Origin: the human T2T-CHM13v2.0 reference genome, Homo sapiens
Length of the DNA: 64,000 nucleotides
Direction: 5' to 3' (one strand)
Assembly (NCBI RefSeq): GCF_009914755.1
Contig: NC_060929.1
Under the pieces are notes generated by a model that saw nothing but the letters and a program-made list of their open reading frames with translations, was not told the DNA's origin and ran no database searches. Each line of letters opens with the position of its first letter. Position 1 is the stretch's first letter. A program made the position numbers and the translations under genes. Positions 14,233-26,699 of this stretch are shown here, in pieces.

Positions 14233-16831
14233 AGCAATCTTTTTAAAATAGAAATCACTCCCTTAAATAAAACCTTTCAATAGCTTGCCATGACAGTAAA
14301 ACAAAAATTCACATTCCCTCCCATGACTCACAAAGCTTTGCACCATCTGGTCCCTTACCTCTGCCCTTCATTCCCTAGGTTCTAGCCAGATTTCTTCTCA
14401 TGGTTCTGCAAACTTAGCAAGCTTGGGCCCCACAGGTCCTCTCTTCTGGCCAGGCTCTCTGCCCACAGTGTTCCTTTCCCTGCTTTTCACAGGGCAACTC
14501 CTTCTTAGCTGTCAGGTCTCACTCAAATGTCACCACCTCATTGAAGCCTTCCCTGACCACACCTTCTAAGATAGACACTTCCCTCCCAGCCACATCAGCA
14601 TTCTCTCTTGTTGTATCTGGTTGCTCAGTCGTTCAAGAGTGTTTTACTCCTTTGTTTATTATCTCTCTCTTCCTCAATTTGAATATTAATTCCAAGAGGG
14701 CAAACACTGTCTTTTTCACTCCTGTATCCCTGAGCTAATCTCAGAACCTGGCATTCAGTGGGCCCTCAACAAATATTTATCCAGTGGTTCAATGAATGAA
14801 GCAAATTCCATAACCCTTGATGCATCCTGAAGTATGAAAGCCCTGTCTAGGGCCATTTCCTTTGTCCTCCTTAAATTCCTTGTTCTGCAGATCCAAGTTC
14901 CACTTTCCTCGGGGACCTGTCCCCAGTTTAATCAGAGAGCATCTGCTGCTAGCCATGCTCCAATTTCACAACCGGAATCTTCCCCATAACCATCCCCTGC
15001 ATGGGAAGGGTGACCAAAGGAGCAGGGGCAGGTGTGGCCATGCTGGATCTGGCCTGAGCCAAGGAAGGACATAACCTTGGAGCAGGGGCAAGGAGGCTGG
15101 GAGCTGGAGACCTGCCATCAGCTCAGCCAGCACTCGAGGGGAGAAATGGCAGATTTATTCAGCCGCAGGAAGCACCCAGGACCAAAATCAATACTGAGCC
15201 TTGGGGCTGTATTTCTGCTTTTCATTGGCTTATGCACAACTATAATAACTCCTTGTTTTAACATAGTTCTTATTTCTACGAGCCCCACATGTTTTATTTT
15301 CAGTTTAATGGATCCTCAAACCTGTGCTACTGGTAGTCAGAAGTAGACATAACTATCACCATTTTATGCTGAGGCTAGGGGAGCCCAGAAAGGCAGATAA
15401 ATTGGTGAAGGTCACAGAGAGAGAAAGAAAGATGGACCTACTTGCAGAAAGTTCTAGGTGTACTCCCTGACCCCTGTTCATGATGCTATGCTGGCAAGAA
15501 TCAAATCACCCACTAGGTTCCATCCAATAAAAGAGGTGCCTATAATACCTTATCATCAGCACAGATTTATTTTTAGCTGCAAACTCATATATCTACCTGC
15601 TACATGGCATCTCCATTGTGCTGTCTCATTGGCACTCTCTGAATTCAGTGTGTCCAAAATTGAACATCTGAGCTGCATCCCCCCTGTTAAACCTACCCTC
15701 TTTCCTGTGTCCCCATGTTGGGGAAACCACTTCCCACCCCACCAAGACCCTAGTGTCACTCTGCCCTCCTTCTCAGCCCCCACTTTCAGTGACTCACTCA
15801 TCTGTCAATCTCTCTTTCACTCCTTTCAGCTCCACCCACTCCCCACTGCTGTACTTCTAGAATCTACTTCCCACCACATGTCACCTGCACACCACAGAGC
15901 CCTTATAAGGGTCTCCCTCTCTCAGTTCACCCATGGTTATTCATTATCCACACAGGAGCCAAAGTGGTCCTCTCTGAAGGTAAATATGATCACTTTTCTC
16001 TACTTACTTCCCTTCCTGTGCCCTCAGGACAAAGGCCAGGCACTGCACCATGACTCCTGGTACATCCTGCTAAGCCCAGGGGCCTCTAGATCCTTCTGTC
16101 CTGGATGTTCCTGCCCCTCCTGCTCTGGTCACCAGCATCCTGCCCCCTCCACTCAGGCCCTTTCCTGCAGGGCTCGCTCCTGCTGAGACGCTCTCCTCCC
16201 TGTCCCCTCTTCTCCTGGAGACAGCCCCACTCACCCTTCTGGCCACAGCTTCTGCAAGTCCTCAGAAAAGTCACCCCTGACCCTCACAACTTTGCACTCA
16301 TCACAACTGCACAATTGCTTGATGTCATTCTCCCACCTGACATTCAGCGGCACAAAGGCAGGGTCCGGGTTTGTGTCTGTCTCATTTGCTGCTGAACCCA
16401 TAGTGCTGAAAAAAGGGACATAAGTGCACAATAAATATTGAGTGAATTAATAAATACTCATAGCTCAATTGCATTTGTTTCCTTCCCTTCTTTGAAGCAA
16501 AGAAGCTCCAAGGTTTATGTTGAATATTTTAACCCCCAAACACCCCTTGGATAGAAAGTAGGGACTGTGAGGGAATGACATGACCTTCCCACTCCCAGGC
16601 TCTTCTGCTGTGGTTTGAAGGTGATGTTGGAATAATTCCTTATCCCAAGAAGAGGAGTAATGAAACAGATGCATTTCTTGACACCACTGAAAGCAGCTCA
16701 CCCAGCAGGGCCTGTAACTTTTGCGAACACGTCGATTTCACCCATTGATTATATGTATTCAGTAGAGCCAGGCTCACTCCATCTCCCTGCGTCCCTCACA
16801 GCCGTTTCCCCCACCCGCCCCCACCCCCACC

Positions 16832-16832
<1 letters not shown>

Positions 16833-16877
<45 letters not shown>
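16833..16877. repeat. (CA)n microsatellite
   Basis: About 22 AC units. Confidence 0.95.
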
Positions 16878-16879
<2 letters not shown>

Positions 16880-18159
16880 CCTTCTTGCTTTCTTCCCCCT
16901 ATGCAGAGCCATGGTGTATGGACAACCCACTTTAGGAGGAAATGATTTTAAGCAAATGAATACCTCACAACAATATGAAAGTAAACACCAGAAAACTCTA
17001 ATGGCAAAGCAACTACTCAGAAACAGAGAAGAGGATGCCCAAGTCCTGACTACAGAGGAAAAAATCATGAGGGCCACAAAACTACCAACAACATGGGCTG
17101 ACATGCATGAGCACTTACAGCATGTCAGACACCACAGTCCTGTGTGTTATCTGATGTAATCCTCCTGATAATCCCCCATGAAATAGGCGCTGTGAGAAGC
17201 CTCATGTTAAAAACAAAAGCCTGAGTCCCAGAGTTGAGAGATCCTTTATCCCAGATCACTCATTGAGTAAATGGAAGAAGAGCCAGGGACTACTTGACGT
17301 CAAAGCTCCCACTATGACCCACTACAGCACTCAGGCACAGCGCTGCCACAGCCCATGGAACCCACAGCATTTCCCTTGATGTCCAAGACTTACGCACTTC
17401 ATAGTCTGATGGAAAATATGTACACACCTGATCTCTGTTGGCTGAATAACAAGCCCTCTGAGACTTGAAGACAATTTTCTTTTCCTTGCTCAGAAAGGCA
17501 ATCCAGGTTCTTTTTCCTTTTCTTATTAGCTTTGTATTCATTTACAAAGAGAAATGCAACCGCATGTTGGCATCAGGCTCCACGCAGGCTACAAAGCTCT
17601 GGGATAGGCTGGCAGGGCCCTCCTTTCCTCTCAGGGTCAGTGCCAGATGGCTGCCTTTAGAAGGACTGCACAGTGTGGGTGCAATGCGGGCTCATGCCTT
17701 GGGGAATAGAAGATGGTGACTGCTGAGTCAACAGAGAGTGAGCCCACAGGACGAGGGTCCCGAAAGAGGCTCCAGCTCACCGAGGATCCCAGGACTGGGA
17801 GCAAAATGGAGTTCCTTGAGGAACAAGCGCTCCAAACAGCTTTCAAGCTGGGATGGAAACCAGAGAGCAAAACTGGAGCTGGAGGAGTCCCACACATCCA
17901 GAAGGGCCCGGGAAACACAACGAAATGAACCCAACTCGTTTGCAGCACCCCCTGAGAAGCCCCATCTTACTGGAACTCAAAAGGAGTTCCAAAACCACCC
18001 ACTGAGCTAGCATGAACCAAAACCATACTTCCTGTGAGTATTTCCTAACAAAACTTCCAAAATGGAATACAGATGAGTCAGCAAGGTTCTGCACACTAAA
18101 TTGAACATGCTCAAGCACCCAGAAATGAACAATACTAGAAACGCATCAGTATTATTATC

Positions 18160-18521
18160 ATTATTATTATTATTTATGCTAAAAACTTTTAACGTGAAAT
18201 GTACTCCCTTAACAGATTTTTAAGTGTAAAATGCTTAAATATGGTCATTTATGGGCCCAATGTTGTACAGATTTCTAGAATTTATTCATCTTGCATAATT
18301 GAAATGTTATACCTGTTGATTAGCAACTTCCAACTCCCCCTTCCACCTGCCCCTTTGCAACTGCCATTCCACTCTCTGCTTCCATGAGTTTGACTATTTT
18401 AGATAGCTCATATAAGAATCATGCAGTGTTTGTACTTCTGTGACTAGCTCAGTATCCCCCAGGTTCATCCATATTGTCACATATTGCAGGATTTCCTTCT
18501 TTTTAAAGGCTGGATAATATT

Positions 18522-18567
<46 letters not shown>

Positions 18568-18999
18568 ACATTTTCTTTATCTATTTACTTATCCATGAAC
18601 ATTAGGTTATTTCCACATCTTGTGAATAAAGCTTCAATGAACACAGGAAGGCTAATATCTCTTTGAGATCCTGATTTCAATTCTCTTGGATAAACACTCA
18701 GAAGTGGAATGCTGGATCATATGGTAGTTCTATTTTTAGTTTTCTGAGAAATCTCTATGCTGTTTTCCATAGCGGCTACACCATTTTGCATTCCCACCAA
18801 CAGTGTACAAGGGTTTCAGTTTCTCCTCATCCTCACCAACGCTTGTCTTTTTTGTTTTTTTATAATAGCCATTTTGACAGGTGTGGGATGATATCTCCTT
18901 GTGATTTTCATTTGCATTTCCCTGATGACTGGTGATATTGAGCATCTTTTCATACATCTGTTGGACATTTGTAGGCCTTCTTTAGAGAAATGTCTGTTC
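18160..18999 (-). mobile_element. Old L1 (L1MA/MB) 3' fragment with internal (TA)n at ~18527-18564
   Basis: Minus-strand ORF2 C-terminal remnants (RHFSKE...[12 protein letters not shown]) followed by 3' UTR. Confidence 0.8.
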
Positions 19000-19412
19000 A
19001 AGCAAAGATATGGAATCAACCTGAGTGTTCACCAATAGACGATTAAAGAAAATGTGGTGCAAACACACACACACAATGGAATACTCTTCAGCCATAAAAA
19101 GGAATAAAATCATGTCTTTTGAAGCAACATGGATGGAAATGGAGGCCATGATCTTAAGTGAAACAACTCAAAAGCAGAAAGTCAAGAACTGCATATTCTC
19201 ACTTACGGTTGGGAGATAAACAGTGTGTACACATGGACATAGAGTGTGGAACAATAGCCACTGGAGATTTAGAAGAGTGGGAGGAGCATAAGGGATGAGA
19301 AATTATTTAATGGGTACAAGGTACACTAATCAGGTGACGGTTACACTAAAAGCCCAGACTTCACCACTATACAATATATACATGAAATAAAACTGTACTT
19401 GTACCCCTTAAA
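19000..19412 (+). mobile_element. L1MA 3' end fragment
   Basis: MEYSSAIKRNKIMSFEATWMEMEAMILSE, and 3' UTR AAAAGCCCAGACTTCACCACTATACAATATA. Confidence 0.8.
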
Positions 19413-20514
19413 TTGATAGGATTTCATAATTCTATACCATGTAATTTCTCCTTAAAGTCTCACACATGCAGCTCACACAAGCAGGTTAGTTCACCCCTTT
19501 ATAGACTGAGAAACTGAGGCTCAGAGAAGAAATTTTAACCATTTACACACTCATCTCCACTAGATTTTTCTTAAGGTCAAAGCATTGGAAGAATTCCCCT
19601 GGCTGCACACATATTTGCATATAATTTACAGATGCCTCCAACTATGAAAGACATCCTTAGGCAATTTGCAAGTTAAATTTGTATCATTTCACTCAAGGCA
19701 TGAAGTGAAAAGGGAATTATCAAGCCAGGGGGAACTGCAGGGGAGACAGCAGGGGTCCCCAGAAATTCTCCCAACATCTTCAGTGGGAGTACACTAAATT
19801 CAAGAATTTAGCATCTGCTCAACAAAGGAATATTATGCAGGGCATTAAAATGATGGCTATAAAATCCACGAAGCAACATGAAACATAGAGTGAAAGAAAA
19901 GCAAGTTACAGAATTGGGTGCACAGAATGACTTTAGCAGCGGGGAAGGGAAGAGGAAAAGAACCGCACCAGGGACAAGCTGTGACTATGTTAGGGCACAA
20001 CCGTGGGGAATGTTCTTTTCCTTCTTCCAAAGGGTTCCTAGCATAGATGACCTCTACACGTTTTTCACCCTCTCTGTGCCTCAGTTTCCTTTTTTGTAAA
20101 GTGGTAGTCATAATAGCACATATCTATCAGGGTTTTGAGAAGATTAGATCATATACACAGAGTGCTTTGCACCAAATATGACATATACTAAGTGCATGAT
20201 TAATGTTGGATTGGCAGTAGTGTCTGTTATTCTGTCAGCTCTTAGCCCTCACTTCTGACAAAGATGGTGGAGCAAGAACTCTGTTGGGAGTCATGAGGCC
20301 TGGCCCAATCAATGCCAGATTTTCCTGGATGTTCCTAGGACTCAGTTTCTTCTCTTGTGAAATGAAGGGACAGGGCCATGGTACTTCTACCCTGTCGTTG
20401 CACTCTGTGAAAAGCTGTATGGTGCCCTTTACATCTACAATTGAAAGTTCCCTGTACTTTCAATCAATTACAAAAAAAAAAAAAAAAAAAAAAGGCTCAA
20501 AGAAATTAATGAGG

Positions 20515-20790
20515 GGCCAGGCTCACGCCTGTAATCCCAACACTTTGGGAGGCTGAGGTGTGCAGATCGCATAAGTTCAGGAGTTCAAGAGCAGCCTGGC
20601 CAACATGGTGAAACTTTGTCTCTACTAAAAATACAAAAAATTAGCCCATGCCTGTAGTCTCAGCTACTAGGGAGGCTGAGGCAGGAGAGCTGCTTGAACT
20701 CAATTGTAGTGAGCCGAGATCACACCACTGCACTCCAGCCTGGGTGACAGAGTGAGACTCTGTCTCAAAAAAAAAAAGAAAAGAAAAGAA
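20515..20790 (+). mobile_element. Alu (S/J) with three internal deletions
   Basis: Alu dimer with A tail. TSD AAAGAAATTAATGAGG at 20499-20514 and 20791-20806. Confidence 0.92.
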
Positions 20791-20806
20791 AAAGAAATTA
20801 ATGAGG

Positions 20807-21290
20807 AAAATACATCAATGGGAAAATGGGCAAAAGTCTTGAATACACAATTCACCAAAGAACTACAAATAACCAAACTGCCAAGTAACCAAAGTAAAAC
20901 ACATTAAGATAATAAGTCACCGATAAAATTTGCAGATACTTCTAAAAATCATTATTCTCTGGGTTGGCAAAAATGAAAAAAAGTTGCTTTCTTTGTGGGA
21001 TCATAAACTGGTACAGTCCTCTTAGAGGCCAAGGTTCTTGATATTTATGTTAAGAGCCACAAAATGTTTGTGACCAGTGACTTTGTAACTTCACCCATAA
21101 GAATTTAACCTGAAAAGATAATTAAGAATGTTTACAAAGGCTTAGCAACAATTATGTTCTTCTCTGAATTATTTATAATAGTGAAAGCTCAGGAATAACC
21201 TAAATGTCTAGAATCAGATTGGTTCAATAAACTATATTCACATAATAGAACATCGTGTGGCCATTAGAAATCTTATTATTTGAGAATATT
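20807..21290 (+). mobile_element. Ancient L1M fragment (ORF2 3' region)
   Basis: Degenerate AAAATGGGCAAAAG...GAATACACAATTCACCAAAG and ATAAACTGGTACAG motifs. Confidence 0.55.
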
Positions 21291-21339
21291 TAAGAGATGG
21301 GAAGTATGACATTAATTGAATAAAAATTCCCAATCAGCA

Positions 21340-22210
21340 CCATCTCTCTAGAAGCAGAGCCTGAAACAAGGATTCTTGAGGAAGTGATTGATTGAGAGCA
21401 CACTCCAAGAAGGAGAGCAAGGGAAGCAGACAAGTTCAGGGGAAGAAAGCCAAGCAAAGGTGTGGTCTCTGCTAGAGACCACTTCCATCGTGTCCCCAGG
21501 GAGCTCAGGAACACAGAGTCATACCCCTTCTTGGTGCCCTTTGAGGGGCTGGTCTTTTGTTTCCCCATGGCATTGGCTGTTGGCTGCCTGGGTGGAGGGG
21601 TATGAGGATGAGCAGGGGTGCTCTTTCTTCCACCCCTTGATTCTCTGACTCATGTATTCTGTCTACTAGGGACACAGCACCATCTAATGTCTATTGGTTT
21701 AAGGTGTCTATTCAGCCTAAAGGATGTTGCCCCATCCTTGCAGAATATCATCTCTAAACTAGTACCTCAGCTATACCTTCAACAGGCTGTTCCAATCCTT
21801 AATCAGGCCAGCAACTTCCGTATGGTATAGTTTTTAAAAGGATCAGTGGATCTCATGAATGTTCTCTCTGCCATAACTTCTTTGCCATAAAAGGCAATGT
21901 AATGTGGTATCCCATGCCAGTAGATCAGACACTGATTTGGTCCCTAGCATAGTGGTGCTGGCTGAGACACTGTGGGCAGGAAAGGCAAATCTGACCCCTG
22001 AATATGTATCAATCCCAGTCAGAATGAAACATTGCCCATTCCAAGTTGGAAGAGGTCTGATACACAAAGGCTCAGCAATGGTCGGTTTCTGGCAGGTGGA
22101 ACATTGGGCTGTGGCAGTAGCTAAATTAGCCTTAGGGTAAGGAAACCCATATTGTTGGGACCATACATAGTTTTTATCTCTGCAACCATGGCCACTCCTT
22201 TCATCAAACC
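21340..22210 (-). mobile_element. ERVL remnant: integrase fragment plus probable 3' LTR (LTR33/LTR41-like)
   Basis: Minus-strand ORF 21843-22067 reads PLPTWNGQCFILTGIDTYSGVRFAFPA, matching the ERVL integrase core motif (LTGIDTYSGYGFAFP). LTR-end motif AATCCTTGTTTCAGGCTCTGCTTCT on the minus strand at ~21350-21375. Confidence 0.75.
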
Positions 22211-22219
22211 ATGGTGCAA

Positions 22220-23950
22220 GAAATATAGATGGTATATATGTACAGATTAGTAAAATACATATATTTCCTAGCTCTACGGAGAGGGTCTAGAACAAATGCA
22301 ACCCAGTATCTACGAGCATACCTAGTGCCTAGGTCTTGATTTCAAAGCACTGTTCTATTCTAAGCACTATTCAATTAAAAGAACTAGGTTTCCTTGAAAA
22401 GTGCTTGATTTCAGTGCTAGAGCAGGAAAAATATGAGATAAAGCTGGAACACTTTGTGGTGATAGAAAGTCAGAAAATGCTCACAAAGGATGTGGATTTG
22501 TCAAAAGAATAAGGTCTAGATAAATAAACTGTGGTATGTCCAAACAATGGAATATTATTCAGTGCTGAAAAGCAATGAACTATCAAGCTGTGAAGAGACA
22601 TGGAGGAAGCTTAAACGCATATTACTAAGCAAAAGAAGCCAGGCTGAAACAAGGCTACAGACTGCACGACATTTCAACTATATGATACCCTGGAAAAGGC
22701 AAATCTACAGAAACAGTAAACAGATCAGTGATGTCCAGGAAATAGGGGGTGGAGAGGTAAGAATAAGCAGAGCACAGAGCATTTTAGGGCAGAGAAACTA
22801 CTTTGTATGATACTATAATGAGGGATACATGTCATTAGACTTTGTCTAAACCCATAGAATGTACTGCACCCACTGAAACATAATGCCTATGGATTTTAGT
22901 TGATGTCAATGTAGATTCATCAATTGTAACAAATGTACCACTCTGGTAGGGGATGTCGATAATAGGGGAGTCTGTGCATGTGGGGGGGACCAGGGAGTAG
23001 GTGGGAAGTATCAATGCCTTCTGCTCAATGTTGCTGTTAACCTAAAACTGCTCTAAATAAGTAAAGTCTATTGAATAAATAAATAATAGAGTCCAAGCTG
23101 AAGGAGCTCCTAATGGTCAGAGCTAGAAAAATTTTGGAAAAAAAATAATGATAGTATCGGATTTAACCTACAGAATAAATAAACATACAAATAGGGAAGA
23201 AAGGACAGTTCCTCCTTACAGTAGACTTCTAATTAATAAACGTAGAAGGAAAAAGGGAAATAGAAAATCATCATTAGGCAAACACTACAGTAATTGTTGC
23301 AGACAAGATCTATCAATGGATGGTAAAATTAGCAGGTGACGGTTTGAAGAAACGTAAGATTTGCATGGTCTCAAAGTATTTCCCCCAAGATATTTGTTAA
23401 TTATAAAAGGAAGGATAGTAACTTTATTGTGAAGAAACCTTGCAGAAACCACCTTAACCAAGGGATGAACATCAAAATCACCAATAATAAGACATGCTGA
23501 CATCATGAACCTCTTGATACCATTCACAGAGGATACTTCCTTGGCGTTCCTGCCAAAAATGCATAGCTCATTCCAAGCATGAGAAAACATCAGACAAACC
23601 CAAACTGGAGGCATTCCGCAAAATAACTGATCAGTATTCTTCAAAAGTGTCAAGATCATAAAAAATAAGACAAACTGAGAAACAGTTGAAAATTGGAGGA
23701 GACTAAAGTGAAATAACAACTAAATGTGGGATTATGGAACAGAAAAGGAGCATTGGTAGAAAATGGGTGAAATTCAAATAAAGTCTGTAGTTTATAGTGT
23801 CGTACCAGTGTTAGTTTCTGGCTTTGTACTATGGTTATATATGATGTTAACATTAAGCTAAGCTGAGTGAGGGATATAAGGAAACTACACTATTTGTGCA
23901 ACTATTACATAAGTCTAAAATTAGTTCAAAATGAAAATTTTTTAATCCAA
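22220..23950 (+). mobile_element. L1MC-type 3' region fragments, with a second L1MC 3' end nested at ~22520-23070
   Basis: MEYYSVLKSNELSSCEETWRKLKRILLSKRSQ, plus L1MC 3' UTR motifs (CAATTGTAACAAATGTACCACTCTGG; GAGAAAACATCAGACAAACCCAAACTG). Confidence 0.7.
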
Positions 23951-24599
23951 ATAATAAAATACACTTCACATTTTGTAAACCAAGGGAAAAAGAAGAAAGA
24001 AAGTATAGACCCAGATAATGCAAACTCTTTTTTATGTTTCCTAAGCCCAAGCAAGACAAATAACTCAGGTAGATAAATAAAAAATCATGTCCACTCCCTA
24101 AACCAAACAGAAACTGTATTTAGAGTCTCCACATGCTGTGTTCTTCCATTAGCATGGATAATTGGAAATTGACTGCCTTTAGAAATGATGCCGTTTTTCT
24201 CTCTGAGTATAACACAAAATAAATTCCCAGGGCAATGGCCTATGTTATTGAATCCAACAGTAATTAAGTTAATGTATCCTATCTTGTGTGTGGAAGTGTA
24301 ATTCAGGAGGTACAAATCTTTTATTGAACTCAAATTCAATAGTCATATACAATCCCCCTACTTGTGGTGTGTACAAAGGTTGTAGGAAAATTACAAAAGG
24401 TGATACATTATATTTTTATTCTTATGAAGACTGGGTTTATTCACCTGACACAAGCCATTCATGGGGCACCCTTTCATTTGCACAAAGGCAAATGTTCAGA
24501 TGAGTAAATATCAGCACATAATAAATGGAGCAGAGACCTGAGGTTTTTGCCTGCCCAGTATTCTTTACTTTTTCTTCCAATAAACATGCTCTGATTTTC

Positions 24600-25030
24600 C
24601 TGTGAGGAGCCCCCTCCTGCCCTCCCTCAGCCCATATGATGCAGGAAGGCAGGTGCCTCCCAAGCTGGACAAATGACCCCAGCCTGCCCAACAAGCATAT
24701 GATTCTCCTGGCCACAGTCATTGGTTCAGGATGGGCACATGACCCAAGTCAGGCCAGTGTGGCTCAATTCTAGGGCTTTCATTGGAATTAGTAGGAAATA
24801 GGTGTGTTTTCACTGATGATGCTAAGATGACAGCCAGGAGTCAAAGATGGCCATCCTGCCCTCCTTGGAGGAGATGCCAAACAAGGCCAACAGAGAGAAA
24901 GATCAGAGCTGAGGGGGAAGGTAAGCAGCCAGGTACATTTGTCAACACATTCCATTTAGTTTGTCTTTGCTTAAGTCAGCTTCAATTGGAGTATATATAT
25001 ACATCTTATTTGCAATCTCAGAACCCAGGT
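24600..25030 (+). mobile_element. Ancient MaLR/ERVL LTR remnant (MLT1K/LTR16-like)
   Basis: GATGGGCACATGACCCAAG...CCAG motif and end TGCTTAAGTCAGCTTCAATTGG...TTGCAATC. Confidence 0.5.
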
Positions 25031-26699
25031 CCATCTCTGAATTCACTCACTCTGTTGTACCATTATAAATAATCCTATCTTTGTCATTGTTTTAATTATC
25101 TTCTCTCCCTGTCTCTCATGTGTCTAGTCTTCCCTCTCACCTCAGACCACAACAAGATTTACAAATCACACCTCTTCCCAGAGCAGTCAGGTGTCCCACC
25201 AGCCCCCTTCCCCAGGTGTCACACATTTGAAACCTCTAACTCAGACTTTGAATGTTCTCTCGGCTCTAAACTAAATGGCAATTTTTAAAAGAGAAGAGAA
25301 AAATACAGGGAGAAAGACTTTCATCGTGCTTCTGGGGTTACACTTGCAGGCTTATTCTACCAGGTGAGGCAGCCAGACTGGAGGTGCCAGGATCTGTGTT
25401 TTCAGGCCAGACACCAACCAGCTCAGTCATCTCAGGCAAGGCCCCTGATGGCACCGGCCTCAAGCGCTTGCACCACGAACGCCATGAAATGAAGGGTCAG
25501 GCTAGATGGGAAAGAAAGCTTTTTTCACTGATGGTGTTTAAACCAAGTCAGAGTATCCTCTAGAAGGAGAAGTTGCAGGGCCGAAACCTATCTTCCAATG
25601 CACAAAGACACTAGACAGGCCTGCATTTCCATGAGACTGAGTGGCAATGTTATCATTCGACCTTAACATTTTACCCACCCTCCCCCATTAACCAGCATCC
25701 TGTAGGGCAGAGACCATCTCCCTGCAAAGAAAAATAGCAATAGGGACAGCAGACACTGTCTATGTACCTCTCGTGTGCCAGGCACTATGCTAAACATGCT
25801 TCGAATGGAATCTGCCGTCTTCACAGCAACCCTTTCAGGTAGGTCATCTTAGTTTTCGTTGTTAAGCAAGGAAACTGAAGTTGAAAGAGGTTACATAACT
25901 TGACTCAGATCCTACAGCTAGGAAACATCAGCACCGTTATTCTACCCCAGGTCTGCCTAGCCACAGAGCCTGTTCCCTTTCCTCTATGTCATGTTCCTCC
26001 ACAGAAAAACTCCTGCCCTTCGTCAGCCTCCACTTCAACCAGAAAAGCCACAAGCAGTAGCATTGTGTCCAGCTGGTGTCATTGGAAGTGGGCCGGGGGT
26101 GCTGGGTCGGCCAAGTGGAGAAAGGCCACATGACCACCTCCAAGCCTTTCATCCGGCAAGCCAAATAAAAGACAACATCCCGAACAGTTTATATTTAACA
26201 AGGATGAACAAAAAGTACACATTTACAAGGTGTACAAAGGAGCTGGTCACAGCACTATTTATAATGGAAAAAAAAAAAGCCCAGAATCATCTACCTGGGG
26301 AATGGCTAAGCCAGGTGCCATAAATCATTAGAATGCAGATCATATAGCCCTAAAAAATGATATTTGCTGTTGTGCACATGAAACAAGATCAAGCAAAAAA
26401 ACCGCAGAAATCAAAAGAATAACATCAATTACAACAAAACAACTTTTTCTGATCACTTACCATTTGCAGATGTAGCAACTAGCACATTACATAGATTATC
26501 TGATTGAATCCTCAGCTATAACTTTATGAGATAGGAGTTATTATTTGTCCCCATTTTTCACATGAGGAAACTGAGGTTTAGCTTAAGCAAAATATTCAAA
26601 GTAATTAAACCGGAACCCATTTTAGAAGCTAGGAAATTTGACTCCAGAGCCTTTTAAGAGTTTATCACTACTGTGTGAAATGCAGGTATGAACATGCAT

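Noticed and set aside
15458-16186. 242-aa ORF
   Set aside because: Pyrimidine-rich L2-like decayed sequence, GTG start, no recognisable protein features.
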